This document shows positions 42,601-54,177 of a stretch of DNA of 64,000 nucleotides, in pieces. The notes under the pieces are model-generated. The model had not been told where the DNA came from and did no database searches. It saw only the letters and a list, made by a program, of their open reading frames with translations. Position numbers and translations under genes: made by a program. Within the stretch, counting starts at the first letter, position 1; each line of letters starts with the position of its first letter. This DNA comes from Chrysomallon squamiferum (Eukaryota > Animalia > Mollusca), in assembly GCA_012295275.1 (NCBI GenBank), contig CM022673.1:13268001-13332000 (forward strand). The letters are read 5' to 3'.

Positions 42601-43644
42601 AATAATAATGAAATTGTTTTGAATTAATTTTATTATTTTATTTGAAGAGGTGAAAAGATGTATATTTTTAAAAATTATTTAGTTGTTTTTTTTCATTTCT
42701 TATTAGTTTTTATTTATGTATTAATTTATTATTTACTTACTTATTATTATTATTATTGTAATATTTTTATTTTATTACTGTTTCTTTTATTTTTATTTAT
42801 TTATTTTTTTATATTTAATACATTTATTCATTTTATTTATTTATTTATTGATATTATTTATTTATTTTTTTTTTTTTAATCTTTACTCAATTTCTTTATG
42901 ATTTATTTGATTATTTCATATTACTTATTTTTATTATTATTATTATTATTTATTTTTTTATTTACCTTACCTATTATTATTTTTAAAAAAATTTATCACA
43001 TTTATGAATTACTTCCCTTTTTCAGTGCACTTTTATATCTAAATGACAAGATTGAAGGAGGAGAATTTTTCTTTGCTTTTCCTAATAGAACTGAACAGGT
43101 AAAAATTGTATTTAAAAAAAAAACATAACTGTTCTGTCATAAACATTTGTAAAATGTGTTAAACAGCAAAATGAAAACAAAAACATTAAACAAAAAGTCA
43201 ATATGTTTATTGATAAAAAAAAACGTGTAACTTTCTTAATTTTCAAGTATCTTTATATTCTGTTTAAGAATGTGGCAACTTAGTAAAACTATTTCTAATA
43301 AATTTTAATGTTTATTTATTTCTGTTTAAAAATGTGGCAAATTAATTACAAAATATTTCTTAATTTTAATGCATATTTATTTGGTTTCATTCTGTATTTA
43401 AATAAAAACAATTTTTTTTTTTTTTTTTAAGGTTTCTGTAAAACCGAAATGTGGAAGAGTTGTGGGTTTCAATGCAGGAGAGTTGCATGGTGTCAAGGCT
43501 TTGAAAAAAGGTCATCGCTGTGCTCTTGCTCTGTGGTTTACACAAAATCCTCAGTACAAAGAACTGGCGAGACTGCAGGCTCGAAAAATCATCACCCAGA
43601 AACGTCGAGAGCAGATGAAAAGTAAACATTCCGATGAGCTATGA
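25671..43644 (+). CDS. P3H: Prolyl 3-hydroxylase (leprecan family), whole gene span; 18 coding exons per isoform, 880 aa with exon 14b or 874 aa with exon 14a
   Basis: All exons join in frame at GT-AG sites. Signal peptide, four CxxxC motifs (CRLQC, CIRRC, CRADC, CQYKC), two YLQF repeats, C-terminal 2OG-Fe(II) domain with HSD...H...R, ER-retention-type tail SDEL. Confidence 0.95.
28463..28615 (+). CDS. P3H: P3H exon 2
   Basis: tttcag|LGKMEKAASAAYTFYLANPDHEDM...DLEMKPYK|gtcagt; 153 nt. Confidence 0.93.
29724..29895 (+). CDS. P3H: P3H exon 3
   Basis: aacag|ESYIRGILEY...ERCRADCESAY...NAVA|gttagt; 172 nt. Confidence 0.93.
31743..31868 (+). CDS. P3H: P3H exon 4
   Basis: tttcag|DHYISVLECQYKCEDKL...FHYLQFTYYK|gtaagc; 126 nt. 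Confidence 0.93.
32158..32291 (+). CDS. P3H: P3H exon 5
   Basis: ttttag|GDEKKVAEAVETFIRLSPDDSVMHNNKVYY...FIPRK|gtaatt; 134 nt. Confidence 0.92.
33127..33219 (+). CDS. P3H: P3H exon 6
   Basis: ttacag|NIVKYIERRQLMERLLTFVNESYTRDEREKD|gtaggt; 93 nt. Confidence 0.88.
33237..33470. repeat. Intronic minisatellite, 40-bp unit (TATAATGGTATATGTAGAATAGGTATGAGATACCATACTG)
   Basis: About 6 copies in P3H intron 6. Confidence 0.9.
33628..33792 (+). CDS. P3H: P3H exon 7 (start of first, degenerate dioxygenase domain)
   Basis: gctag|VEEEEEDTY...GTKLKGELRFAYEGFIKEEQCLELISLTE|gtaaat; 165 nt; paralogous to exon 13. Confidence 0.9.
33983..34039 (+). CDS. P3H: P3H exon 8
   Basis: aacag|DIEPNEKGAVVVGIKDAKE|gtaagc; 57 nt, phase 0-0. 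Confidence 0.85.
34310..34676. repeat. Minisatellite, about 85-bp unit, containing the exon 9 acceptor
   Basis: TTTTCTGATTTGTGTGTAG-type acceptor motif occurs five times, AG ending at 34340, 34413, 34502, 34584 and 34669. Confidence 0.92.
34670..34820 (+). CDS. P3H: P3H exon 9
   Basis: tgtag|KMEKEEEEYEIAVRLYLRVTETMRHFSMRYYNLTRLFFKHSSVICWNPTK|gtaaat; 151 nt, same length as paralogous exon 15. Confidence 0.88.
35324..35405 (+). CDS. P3H: P3H exon 10
   Basis: tacag|DDSGSKCYRQEDGSCVKEFQSVIGEEY|gtaagt; 82 nt, phase 1-2; paralogous to exon 16 but without HxD. Confidence 0.87.
35739..35811 (+). CDS. P3H: P3H exon 11
   Basis: tttcag|VIVLYLSDIETGGKLNFLNSRKKVQ|gtactg; 73 nt, same length as exon 17. 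Confidence 0.88.
36196..36433 (+). CDS. P3H: P3H exon 12
   Basis: cacag|SSLEIQCGRLAGFQNGDRHYVDVPKDEKRCGLVVTMTTDP...EEFKSR|gtatgt; 238 nt; paralogous to exon 18 plus a linker. Confidence 0.9.
37802..37905 (+). CDS. P3H: P3H exon 13 (start of second, intact dioxygenase domain)
   Basis: aacag|GVKVVRNGTDLKGERFVADHMATQEECETLENLVL|gtcagt; 104 nt. Confidence 0.9.
38327..38422 (+). CDS. P3H: P3H exon 14a (candidate mutually exclusive exon)
   Basis: tttcag|EFGITGSGYEGELSPLSEHEGFYGLTIENAQK|gtagcc; 96 nt, phase 0-0, open, homologous to exon 14b. Confidence 0.75.
39442..39555 (+). CDS. P3H: P3H exon 14b
   Basis: ttgtag|TGALAGDGYETLLNKPSFISPHTPFEMFQGLTVYRAAK|gtttgt; 114 nt, phase 0-0; canonical P3H GDGY...SPHTPxExFxG motif. 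Confidence 0.92.
41409..41559 (+). CDS. P3H: P3H exon 15
   Basis: tttcag|LAHSELVPATSVHLYLELSEKVR...YFNLTKPLYFDYTHLVCRTALD|gtaaga; 151 nt. Confidence 0.95.
42390..42501 (+). CDS. P3H: P3H exon 16 (HxD iron-binding motif)
   Basis: ttttag|EKTERTDLSHPVHSDNCNLLPDGSCSKAYPAYVHRDY|gtaaat; 112 nt; HSD codons at 42425-42433. Confidence 0.95.
43026..43098 (+). CDS. P3H: P3H exon 17
   Basis: tttcag|SALLYLNDKIEGGEFFFAFPNRTEQ|gtaaaa; 73 nt. Confidence 0.95.
43432..43644 (+). CDS. P3H: P3H exon 18 (last coding exon)
   Basis: tttaag|VSVKPKCGRVVGFNAGELHGVKALKKGHRCALALWFT...KHSDEL*; distal His, 2OG-binding Arg and KDEL-like tail. Confidence 0.95.
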   Translation, partial: VSVKPKCGRVVGFNAGELHGVKALKKGHRCALALWFTQNPQYKELARLQARKIITQKRREQMKSKHSDEL

Positions 43645-45148
43645 AGTTTAATACGAGTCTACTATGTTGCAAGTTACGGTGGTATGTTGATTATTATTCT
43701 CTTCTTCATACCTGCTGTGTACGTTCAGGCTTAAAAAATGAAGACCATATTCACAAAAGCGTGTAAATACAAGTTTACAGTTACAGGTTACACAGATTTA
43801 ATCTTAACTGCAGATTGTTTATAGAACAGAGTTGATGGTAAATGTGAATACAACGTTCTTAGACATAAAACTGTGATTTGATTTTTGAATGAAGTTTTAT
43901 CTTCTGACTAGATTAATTAAGAAAAAGAACAAAAACAACAGAAATTATTTACAGATAAACAGTAATTTTAATCACATCAGTGTGTTAACTGAATTTCTTG
44001 TATATTGATTTAATTGTGACTTTAGACAATTCTTTCCAAAGTTACACATAACTTACTTGTTTAATAAATATTTTTCCTGTTACAGATTCACATTTACAAA
44101 TTCAGACTTACACATTTTGTGACTATGGTCCAGATTTTTAAAACAGTTAGCTGGCAGCTATGTTAAAAATAAATCCAATTTAATTTGAAATGTTGATGTT
44201 TTGTCTGAACAGAACTAATTTTATTTAATGACATCTCTGCCGTCAAAGATCAGTCAGAAATGTACTTAAGTTTACTGAAGATTGCAGCAGATCTGTCTGG
44301 TTGCTCCTTCCAAACATCTTAGAGGATTGTCAGAAATAGGAGTAATATTTAAATACTGAACTGAAAGTGAAAGTTATTTGCAATTAAGTATAGTTCAATT
44401 ACATTTGTGATTTTGTGGATAAAGAAAATTTTTTGGAAGGTGGGAGGGGGGCGTTTCTGTATTTAAAACATGTATTTAAATTATTTTTTAAAATAATAAA
44501 CAGGAAATATAAATTTATAATAGTGGTGAGATGAAATATATATTGAAAAATATTTAGTTTCTTTCCATCAAGCAATATATTTTTTTGTCAAAATCTTTTA
44601 AATGCACATATAAAATAGTTTACTAGGCAGGTGAGGTTTGTTTTCATGAATATATTAAGATATTTCTTAGATTTAAGAATTAATATTATTTGTAATTTTA
44701 AATTAAAAAAAACAAATAAAAGAACAACACATTACCTATATCTAGTCATATATTTAACTGATGTGATTTCATTGTTGTGTTTTTGTTTTAAGAAATATTT
44801 TTTTTTAGCTACAAGCAATTTGTGAAGTGAAAAATATGCATAATAAAATATTGGGAAAGTTGTAGTTTAACTCACTGCCTTGACAAAAATGATTTTATTC
44901 AGCATTTTATTATGTGATCTGTTATTAACTGCTACAAAACTTTGTAGTTAACATTGTGGTCAAAAAAAGTTTCAGATTGGTACTTACCTCCCTTGAGTGT
45001 AAAGTTTTTTAAAAAGATAAAGAGGAGAAATGGATAATTGTACAAATAATTGTAAAAACAAATATAACACAAAAGTAATATAATAAAAATATAAACTTTT
45101 GGTTTTTTAATCTATATGTGATCTGTTATTTTATGTGACAAATAATTG

Positions 45149-45637
45149 AAATATAGTTAAATTAAATTTTTTGTTGGATATACAAAATTGTAATTTCTTG
45201 TGTTTTTTTTTTATTTTGTAATAAATCAATTTAATGAGTTTTGATTTTTATAATTTTTATAGTTCTGATATTAAATTAATAAATTAAAAGAATAACCCTA
45301 GGAGGGCAAGGCAATTTTATGTGACATCTTTATTCTTAATATTTTAGAACAAAATTTAAAAACATTGTAGCAGTGTATTGAGAAAAACAACCTATTGTTA
45401 CAGGTTTAGATCTATACTGCAAACTAATCAGTTTAAAAATATAGTTATTAATTAAATTTTTTGTTGGATATAGCTAAAATTGTGTACTTTTCTTGTGTTT
45501 TGTTTTATTTTTGTTATAATCTCAGAAATCCAATATATAATACTTTATCAATTTAATGATTGTGATTTTTATAATTTTTATAGTTCTGATATTAAATTAA
45601 TAAATTAAAAGAATAACCCTAGGAGGGCAAGGCAATT
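45149..45637. repeat. Local direct duplication (45149-45316 and 45437-45637)
   Basis: Both copies end in TAGTTCTGATATTAAATTAATAAATTAAAAGAATAACCCTAGGAGGGCAAGGCAATT. Confidence 0.9.
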
Positions 45638-46013
45638 ATACAAAATATATTTAATTACAGGAATTTTATTTTATACAGTGATATTTAATCACCCAATTTA
45701 GCTGGAAACTAATTACTGCATTTATTCAAAATGCTGAAAAATGTGCATAATGAAAGTGTTGCTGTAACAGCTCTATTACTTTTGTACAAATCTTAATAAA
45801 ACGGAACATATCATTTCTTAATTTCAGATAGCAAAGTAACAGCATTTGTCTTCTACTAATACATGAAAAATCACATTTTAATTTTTGTATAATTTTTCTA
45901 TTTTTTACTGATGTGTAAGTATGTTGGAATGAATTGTTCCAGTTAAGCTACATAAATTTATTTGTTACTGTCTTTGGTTTCAAAAATTAATAAAAATAAA
46001 TGATAATATTAAT

Positions 46014-46047
<34 letters not shown>

Positions 46048-46128
46048 TAAAAAATAAATTAAAAATAAATAATAATACTAAAATAATACTAATACAAATA
46101 TTGAAATAATAAAACTAATGAAAATAAC

Positions 46129-46172
<44 letters not shown>

Positions 46173-47209
46173 TAATAGTGAAAAAAGAGAGTGAGAAGAA
46201 AAGTATTTTCATTCATTTCCAAGTAGTTTTTTTTTTTAAAAACTGAAATGTATCATTTTATCACTGATATTCATTAATCTGCCTGACTCAAATAAATTTT
46301 AGAAATACAAAAATATTTTAAAGTCATTGGCTAATTAATGCACATGGCAAAAAAATCTAGCACATATGTAGTGGAATAAAACCAAAAATGTCAAATTCTG
46401 CCTAAATACACATTTCTGTATTTATATGTGTAGTTTAAAATGTGATATTAAATATTTAATGTTCAGAATCTCATATCAGATAATTTTTATAAGTGTGCAA
46501 TATTTATTTTTGTTCATGTATGCCAGTAGACTTTTTTTTTTTTTTTTTTTTTTGTAATTCATAAATATATAAAAAAATGTTTTTCATAAAGTCCCATCTA
46601 AGAAATCAGTCATCCTAAAATTATGTGTTTGAATAGATTCTTTATAATAATTCTGTAACAAAATCATACATTCATTTTATCAAAAAATTGTTTTCAAAAT
46701 AATGTGCATTCATTTTAAGTGTGAAATTGTTTTTAAATGATGTATTTCATTTACCAAAATGGAAATTTTTAAATTTCATAGCTTTCATTTGATTAAAATA
46801 CAACTTTTCAAAAAATTGTATTTTTCATTTTATTAATAATATTTTTTAAATGTTCTATCTTTCATTTGATCAAAATGAAATAATTTTTATTGTGATTATT
46901 TTATTTAAATATAATTATTTGTAGAATATTAAATTTTTCATTTTTACTAAAAGAAATTTGATTTTATAATATACTTTTTATAATATGTTTAAAATATTTT
47001 GCTTGTTTGTAATTTGAAGAAAACTATTGTAAATGTTCATTTTATATTACAGAAATGAGTTGTTTATAAAATGCTGTTTTTGGAAGATAAACATATACAT
47101 TTTCATTAGCTGAGTTTGTTTTCCTTACAGTAAAATTTCTTAAATTAGCCTAACTGATAGGCTCATGTGTCATTAGTTGTTGTTGTATAACACTATTTTA
47201 AGAAGAAGA

Positions 47210-47240
<31 letters not shown>

Positions 47241-48322
47241 TAAATTCAAAAAAATAAAAAATAAACAATGCCTGCAATTCAGCTACATTATTTTAAAGAT
47301 AAAATTTCACAATACAAATAAACTTACATTTTTAAATTTAAAAAAAATAAATTATTATTTATTTTTATTTATTTCTTATTATTTTTTGGCTTTTATTTAT
47401 TTATTATTTATTCATTTTTATTTTATGTATTTATTTTTATTTTTATTTGTTTATTTATTTGTATGTTTTTGTATTTATTTTTACTTTATATATTTTGTAT
47501 TACTTTATTGTTTTTTTTCTTTATTTCAACAATCTACTGTGCTTGTCACCTCTCAGCTGAGAAAAACTTGGTGATGTAAGATAATCTCTCAGTACATTCA
47601 GATTTATTATCTTAATCACTGAACAGTGGAAATACTGTTGTTCTGTGGTTATACAGTCTGCCAGAAGTCCCACAGGTTTCAGGACCAGTCCTCCACTATG
47701 CAGTCATTGATGAAATAAAACAAATTTATTTTTAATGGGAAATTCCATTCACTTGCATTTACTATTACAACTGATAAAACAAAATTTATATAATTTATTA
47801 TATAGAAACAAAATTTATAAATGTCTTTCCAAGGGACAAAACTCTTGAAACCTTAGAATTTGTTCCTCTTTACTATTTTATAATCAGTAACAGGATGATG
47901 TTTTAGCCTTATTTATTTGATTACTTGCCAGAATGTTGTCAATCCCTGTCTACTGAAAAGAAATAGTATCACACACAGAAACTAGATGACTGAATGAAAG
48001 AACACCTTAGAATTTTGGCAATTTCTTCTCTATATCTTTAACAATAACAACAACAGCAAGAAAAGAGGCAATCGTTAAATATGTGTAATATTTGACAGTA
48101 ATTTTTTTTCAAATACAGCTAAATATATTACTTACATACTCATATAAATGCCTTGAGAGTTGGGAAATAATCATCTAATATATTAGATATTTCTAAATTT
48201 AGAATAAATAAAAGATGACCATTAAGTGTATTTATAGAACGTAGTATGCTTATAGTTGATTAAAAAAAATAACAAAATAGAATAAATGAAAAAGAACTGA
48301 AATAATTTTAACAGCAAGAGCC

Positions 48323-48563
48323 TGTAAATTAAAAAAACAATATTGTAAAGTATAAGGATAGATAAACAGAAAATCATAATTCATTTGATATATAATAAAC
48401 ATTTAGAACTGATATGTATTTATATGTGCAAATACGTGCATTTTTACATGCATACATACATATATGCAGATGGCCACACATTTTCAAAATTTATAAACTT
48501 ATTTATCATGTAAATTAAAAAAACAATATTGTAAAGTATAAGGATAGATACACAGAAAATCAT
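48323..48563. repeat. Short direct duplication of about 55 bp
   Basis: TGTAAATTAAAAAAACAATATTGTAAAGTATAAGGATAGATA at about 48323 and 48509. Confidence 0.85.
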
Positions 48564-49130
48564 TTTTATTATTTTTATTATTTATTTATTTATTTATTTT
48601 AACTGTTCAAGAACGTAAATTCTATAAAGCAAATATTTATGTTAGGTTTATAAAACAACGCAATACAGTCTGCTGCTCTGAGAACACATAAACATTCTTC
48701 TTTTTTCTTTTTTTTTTCTTCCCCATGTTACAGGTTGCAAATTATCTAAAAATATACTGTGGTATACTTTATCTTGAACTTGACATCACTAGACTGTACT
48801 CTCCATAATAAGTAGGTTTCATATTTTAATGTACAAAAATAAAATTTGTTATGGTTATGGATGTGAGTGTATTATATAAGGTTTGTACATTTTTGTTTCT
48901 GTGTATATATTTGGACAGTATTTTTAAGATTACTGTTATTATGTTTGGGGTGTTTTTGTGTTGTTTTAATGATTATGACCAGATTTTAGTTCCAAACCTC
49001 CCTTCACAAATAATATTAGAAAATTAATAATTAAAAATTAAAATTAATATCGGTTGCATAATACAGCCAGTTAGCAAAAAGCTGAAGAAAAAGTACCCAT
49101 TCAGATATGCTGCGAAAAATAAAATAATAA

Positions 49131-49166
<36 letters not shown>

Positions 49167-49479
49167 ATAATAAAATAAAATAATACACACGCACGTACAC
49201 AAACACATAGGAAATATTTAAATTGTTTATTTGTGCAGAAAGATACATATAAATGAACTATGAATAAATACATCAATATTTATATCAAAACAAAACCAAA
49301 AAAAAAAAAAAAAAAAAAATTAAATATCATGATTTATTCATGTTTTATGCAATTTAATTATCTGATTATTGTTAAAAACTTGAAAGAAAAAGAAAACTGA
49401 ACCTTTGCTCAAACAAACATACGCATGAAGCAACAATAAATAAAAATAATATCCAGCAGACATTCCTTGTAGCTAACGT

Positions 49480-49620
49480 AATTAATCTTGCCATATCACA
49501 CAGTTTTACGCGTACGAAAATGAGGCCACAAAGTACAAGGCCATGTTTATTTACATCGTCTGCGAATCTCTCATCTCGGCCGCCATTTGCAAGCTAGCGT
49601 TACGTTCTGATGTTGTATCA
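49480..49620 (-). promoter_or_regulatory. CpG-rich promoter-like patch with two YY1-type motifs
   Basis: Minus strand has CAAATGGCGGCC (ATG at 49586) and AACATGGCC, at the boundary between CpG-poor and CpG-rich DNA. Confidence 0.35.
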
Positions 49621-49877
49621 TTTCCAAAAGCATTGTAACTTAATATAACAGTAATAAAAGTAATTGAAAATAAATAAATAAATTAAGCGCATGAAATAAT
49701 TGATAACTGTTAACATCATCAATAGTAGCAATGGATCCTAATAATCGGACTACTCAAGATCATAATTTTATGTCATATTTGGCGAATCTCTCTCTCTCTC
49801 TCTCTCAAACATAACATTTTCATTTTTTTTTTTTTTTTGGCTTAATATATAATTATGTTCTCAGAATGTAGATGTTG

Positions 49878-49909
<32 letters not shown>

Positions 49910-50747
49910 TTATTATTATGACTAAGTTATTTGATTTCATAGCTGTGTTTTTTTAGATATTTGAAAAAGGGTAAAAAAAAAAAAAAATATGTTTTAATAT
50001 TAGTCCGAAAACAGATGAATATTTCAAAGTGTTGTGATTAAAAGTTTTTAATTCAAATAATCTTTTATAATGATTTTGAGCAGCTATTTCTCCATGGGTT
50101 ATATTCATTATATAGCAAACAGCAACCATTAACTGATGTTGTATAATTTTGCTCTCTACAGAAAGAAAACATTTTGGCATTTGGCTGGAACGTGACAGAA
50201 AATGAAAAAAAAAAAAAAAAAAGAAAGCAAGAAAACAAAAGGAAGTTTATATTTCGTTTCTTTCAGTCTTGAATAGTATTCCTTCAAAAATGAAAATAAA
50301 TAAATAAATAAATGAGAAGAAGACGAACACTTGACTTTGTATTTTAAATATCAAAAATAAATAACCATTATTGTCTTATTAATAATAGATAAATAAACAA
50401 ATACATATTAACAATTTCTATTATCTTCATATAAGTAATTGTGTGTGTGTTAAAAATCACCCGATTGCTTCTATAAAATGTAAATATTTGTACAACACTT
50501 CTTTCTTCACTAATGTTTACCTTTTTTATTTTTCTTGCACACCCTCGATTTCTAGAAATGCGGATAAAATCTGGAAAAATCACAAAATATTAATTTACCG
50601 CCATTTCCCACTTTAAAACATTATCTCTAGACAGTAATAAGTTGTTTTGAGTCCCATTATACGATCATGGCAAGCCCCTCTCAATCCACTTTCCATCAAT
50701 ACATTTTACAGTTCACCCAGAACAATCCTAACGTAACATACATCACA

Positions 50748-50998
50748 CAGTGGCGTGCAGAAGGGGGACCAAAGGGGCGGTTGCCCTGGACATCCAAATG
50801 GGAGGGGGGCATCCAATCAGAGAAAAGAACTTAATAAATTTGGTTGATTTATATTTAAATTGGATAAAGTGTATATTTTATGTTTACCTATTCAGAATAT
50901 CTTCCATTCTCATAATATTTCTCAGTACTAGGCCTTATACTTGAGTCTTTAGGGCATACAATTGGCCCCGGACAACACCAGACCCCTGCACGCCACTG
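50748..50998. mobile_element. Non-autonomous hAT-type DNA transposon (MITE), 251 bp
   Basis: Perfect 13-bp terminal inverted repeat CAGTGGCGTGCAG / CTGCACGCCACTG; flanking 8-mers ACATCACA and ACTTCACT (6/8 match) fit a decayed 8-bp target-site duplication; repeated subterminal GCCCYGGACA-like motifs. Confidence 0.85.
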
Positions 50999-51347
50999 AC
51001 TTCACTCAACCTTGCCAACACTTCTACTGAACATATTTTTTGTTTGTTACATATACTGTATGACAGTTGTTGACTTTTTTTTTTTTTTTTTTTTTTTGGC
51101 CTGTATATTGCTTTTTCGTTATCATACTGCTGCATTATATAGCTTTTATGTGTACTGAAGTTTATGTTACGGCACTCGCAATTTCAGATTTCTGCATTTT
51201 CGGTGCTCCCCTATTGGTGAAATCGACGGTGAACAGCACGTGAACTCGCGTAAATTAATAAATAAATAAATTAATTAATTAATTAAAAAAAAATAATAAG
51301 AAGAAGTTTTTAGTTACGTAGAGTTAAAGTATAATTTTTTACAGTAC

Positions 51348-51385
<38 letters not shown>

Positions 51386-53031
51386 TCAAAATGATAATCT
51401 ACAGACATTCAAAAGATCTGACTCGGTTGAGATAATGTCGCGTAGATAATAAGTTAATGACCGACATATAGCCCCTGATCAGCTGATGATTACTTGTGTC
51501 TACACACTCATATGAATTTGATTTACAACTGTTTGAAAAACAGACTGCAACATTGTGTCGTTATAGTTCGTGCGTTCCCCAATCAAAATCGACCACATCG
51601 GCTCGAGTCAAACCTTGAACCTAACTTTTTGTACATGGCACCTTTACGAAACGTGACGAATAGGCGAGATGCCAACATAGTGCGGTAATTGTTTAGCGCC
51701 AGGGGAAACTAGTAAAGTGTACCAAAAATAATCTGAGTCATTCTTTGTCAGTACATTCGTTGAATAAGCATTTCAGGTTATTATTGTACTCACGGCTAAA
51801 ATGACTTAAGTTCTTTTCACTAAAACCTAAAGGAAAGAAAATGTACTTTTATATAAAAGAACGTTATATTCAAAGACGCATGCGCTGTGATGAACGTCTC
51901 CACGAACATCAGCCCACAGAGATATACACCCACCTCCATATGTAATATGCAGCAAACACCCCCCCATCAACAAACCCCTCTGCAGAAAGTGCAGGCTCAC
52001 CTACCAGCCCAAAATTATATATATGACCACACATACACCCACTCAAAGCAGTGAATAATACTTGTAGATTTGTGTCTGCAGTTTTTCAGGGTATAGTTAA
52101 CATCTCTTCTTCTGACAAAAGTAAAAATAAATAAATACATAAAAAATAAATAAATAAATAAAATTGAAATAAAAATATAAATCATGTTAAATGCACATTA
52201 TGATTTAAGATGCCAGTATTTTTATTTCATTTCTCTCTATTAGTATTTTTTTTTTTTTATATATATATATTTTTAATTTAGTCTCTCTCTCTCTCTCTCT
52301 CTCTCTGACTGACAGGCATACTCATTCACTTCCCACTTTCTTGTTAAGAAGAAGAACAACAAATAATAATAACAATAATAATAATGAGGATAATAAATTC
52401 AGAAATTTCCAACCATAACGTATGACTGTCATATAACACATCTGTCGGGTTTATCTTTAATCCCATCATCCTTCTTTTACGCATGACTTCACAGCTTATG
52501 CAGAAATGAAAATAAACGAATAAATGAAATACAGTATGAATAGGAAAAACGTTAAAACAACACGTAATAAATAAATAAATAAATAAATAAATACATAAAT
52601 AAATAAATAAATAAATAAATATTAAACTGTTTTCTACATCATACATAATATCGTATGTTTTATGAAGCGCCAATCGTTTGGAGAATGAATTCTTTTACTA
52701 AAAGTTTAACATGAAATACAGCTTGGGTTTGCTTTTTCCTTTTACTCATGTATGTAAGTATGTGAACACGCCGCCGACTCGTGCACCTACACCAGAAAGT
52801 GTTGTGAAATTTGAGAACACGCACACCGTGTATAATAGTTTGTTGTTTACGCGTTTTCTTTCTTAACTCGTAACTAGCGCCGTGACCGAGAAACGTCCAT
52901 TGTAGCGCGTGACTTCGTTGTACTGAATTGCTACTTCGGCCATGAAACGTCGCTGATTTTTCGCCTTTCTTTTTTTTTTTTTCTTCTTCTTTCTTTCTTT
53001 CTTTCTTCTTCTTCTTGTTTGGTTTATTGTA

Positions 53032-53071
<40 letters not shown>

Positions 53072-53204
53072 AAATTATATTAGAATTTTGTGTAGACGGC
53101 GCCAGCTGGTGCTATTATATTAGATGGTGTTGTTAATCATCATCATCATTTAGATCGTTTTGATTAATAAACAGAGTAATTAAATCCTTTTTATTCTTCT
53201 TCTT

Positions 53205-53235
<31 letters not shown>

Positions 53236-53356
53236 TTATTATTATTATTATTTTTATTAAATCCATATAAAATGGCTTTCATTTATTTATTTAGGTCATT
53301 ATTGCAAAGTTATCGTTTGGTACAAAAAAATGTTCTTTTTCGTCTATCATTCTTCG

Positions 53357-53361
<5 letters not shown>

Positions 53362-53417
<56 letters not shown>

Positions 53418-53603
53418 TAAGATATATAATTATTTTAGCTGGCTTCAGGTTTTATTTGTAATAGCACACAAATGACCTAATGTCATTGTTATCTAATACA
53501 TGTATTTATGCATGTAATCCTCAAAGTCGGTATAAAACAATTTGATCCTGGACATAGTCATCATGTAAGTGTAACAATAACGAAAATAGGTCAGATGCAA
53601 ATT

Positions 53604-53650
<47 letters not shown>

Positions 53651-53911
53651 TAAATAAATAAAAAAACGTTGATTCTAGGATTAATTATTATTTTTGTTTC
53701 CCTTTTAATGGTTTCTTTTTATCATCATTTCATCTTTTAAATTTTCTTCGTCGTACCTTTTTTCTTTGAGTGTGTCTTGTTCTTTTGCTTGAATCAGTAA
53801 TTTATTTTTGTATTAATTTAAACGACAACAATAATAATACATCAATGTCATATTTTATTTATTTAGATCAATACGGAAAAGTAATTGATACAAAAAGTGT
53901 TCTTTCTCGTC

Positions 53912-53949
<38 letters not shown>

Positions 53950-54140
53950 CTAAGATATATAATTATTTTAGCTGGCTTCTAGTTTTATTTGTAATAGTAG
54001 ACAAATGACCTAATGTCATTGTTATTTAATACATGTATTTATGCATGTAATCCTCAAAGTCGGTATAAAACAACTTGATCCTGGACATAGTCATCGTGTA
54101 AGTGTATCATAACGAAAATAGGTCAGATGCAAATTTATAA

Positions 54141-54177
<37 letters not shown>

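Noticed and set aside
47810-48830. H/ACA snoRNA-like boxes on the minus strand near 47815-47920 and 48725-48830
   Set aside because: ANANNA and ACA boxes are common in AT-rich DNA, and I could not build convincing two-hairpin folds with pseudouridylation pockets.
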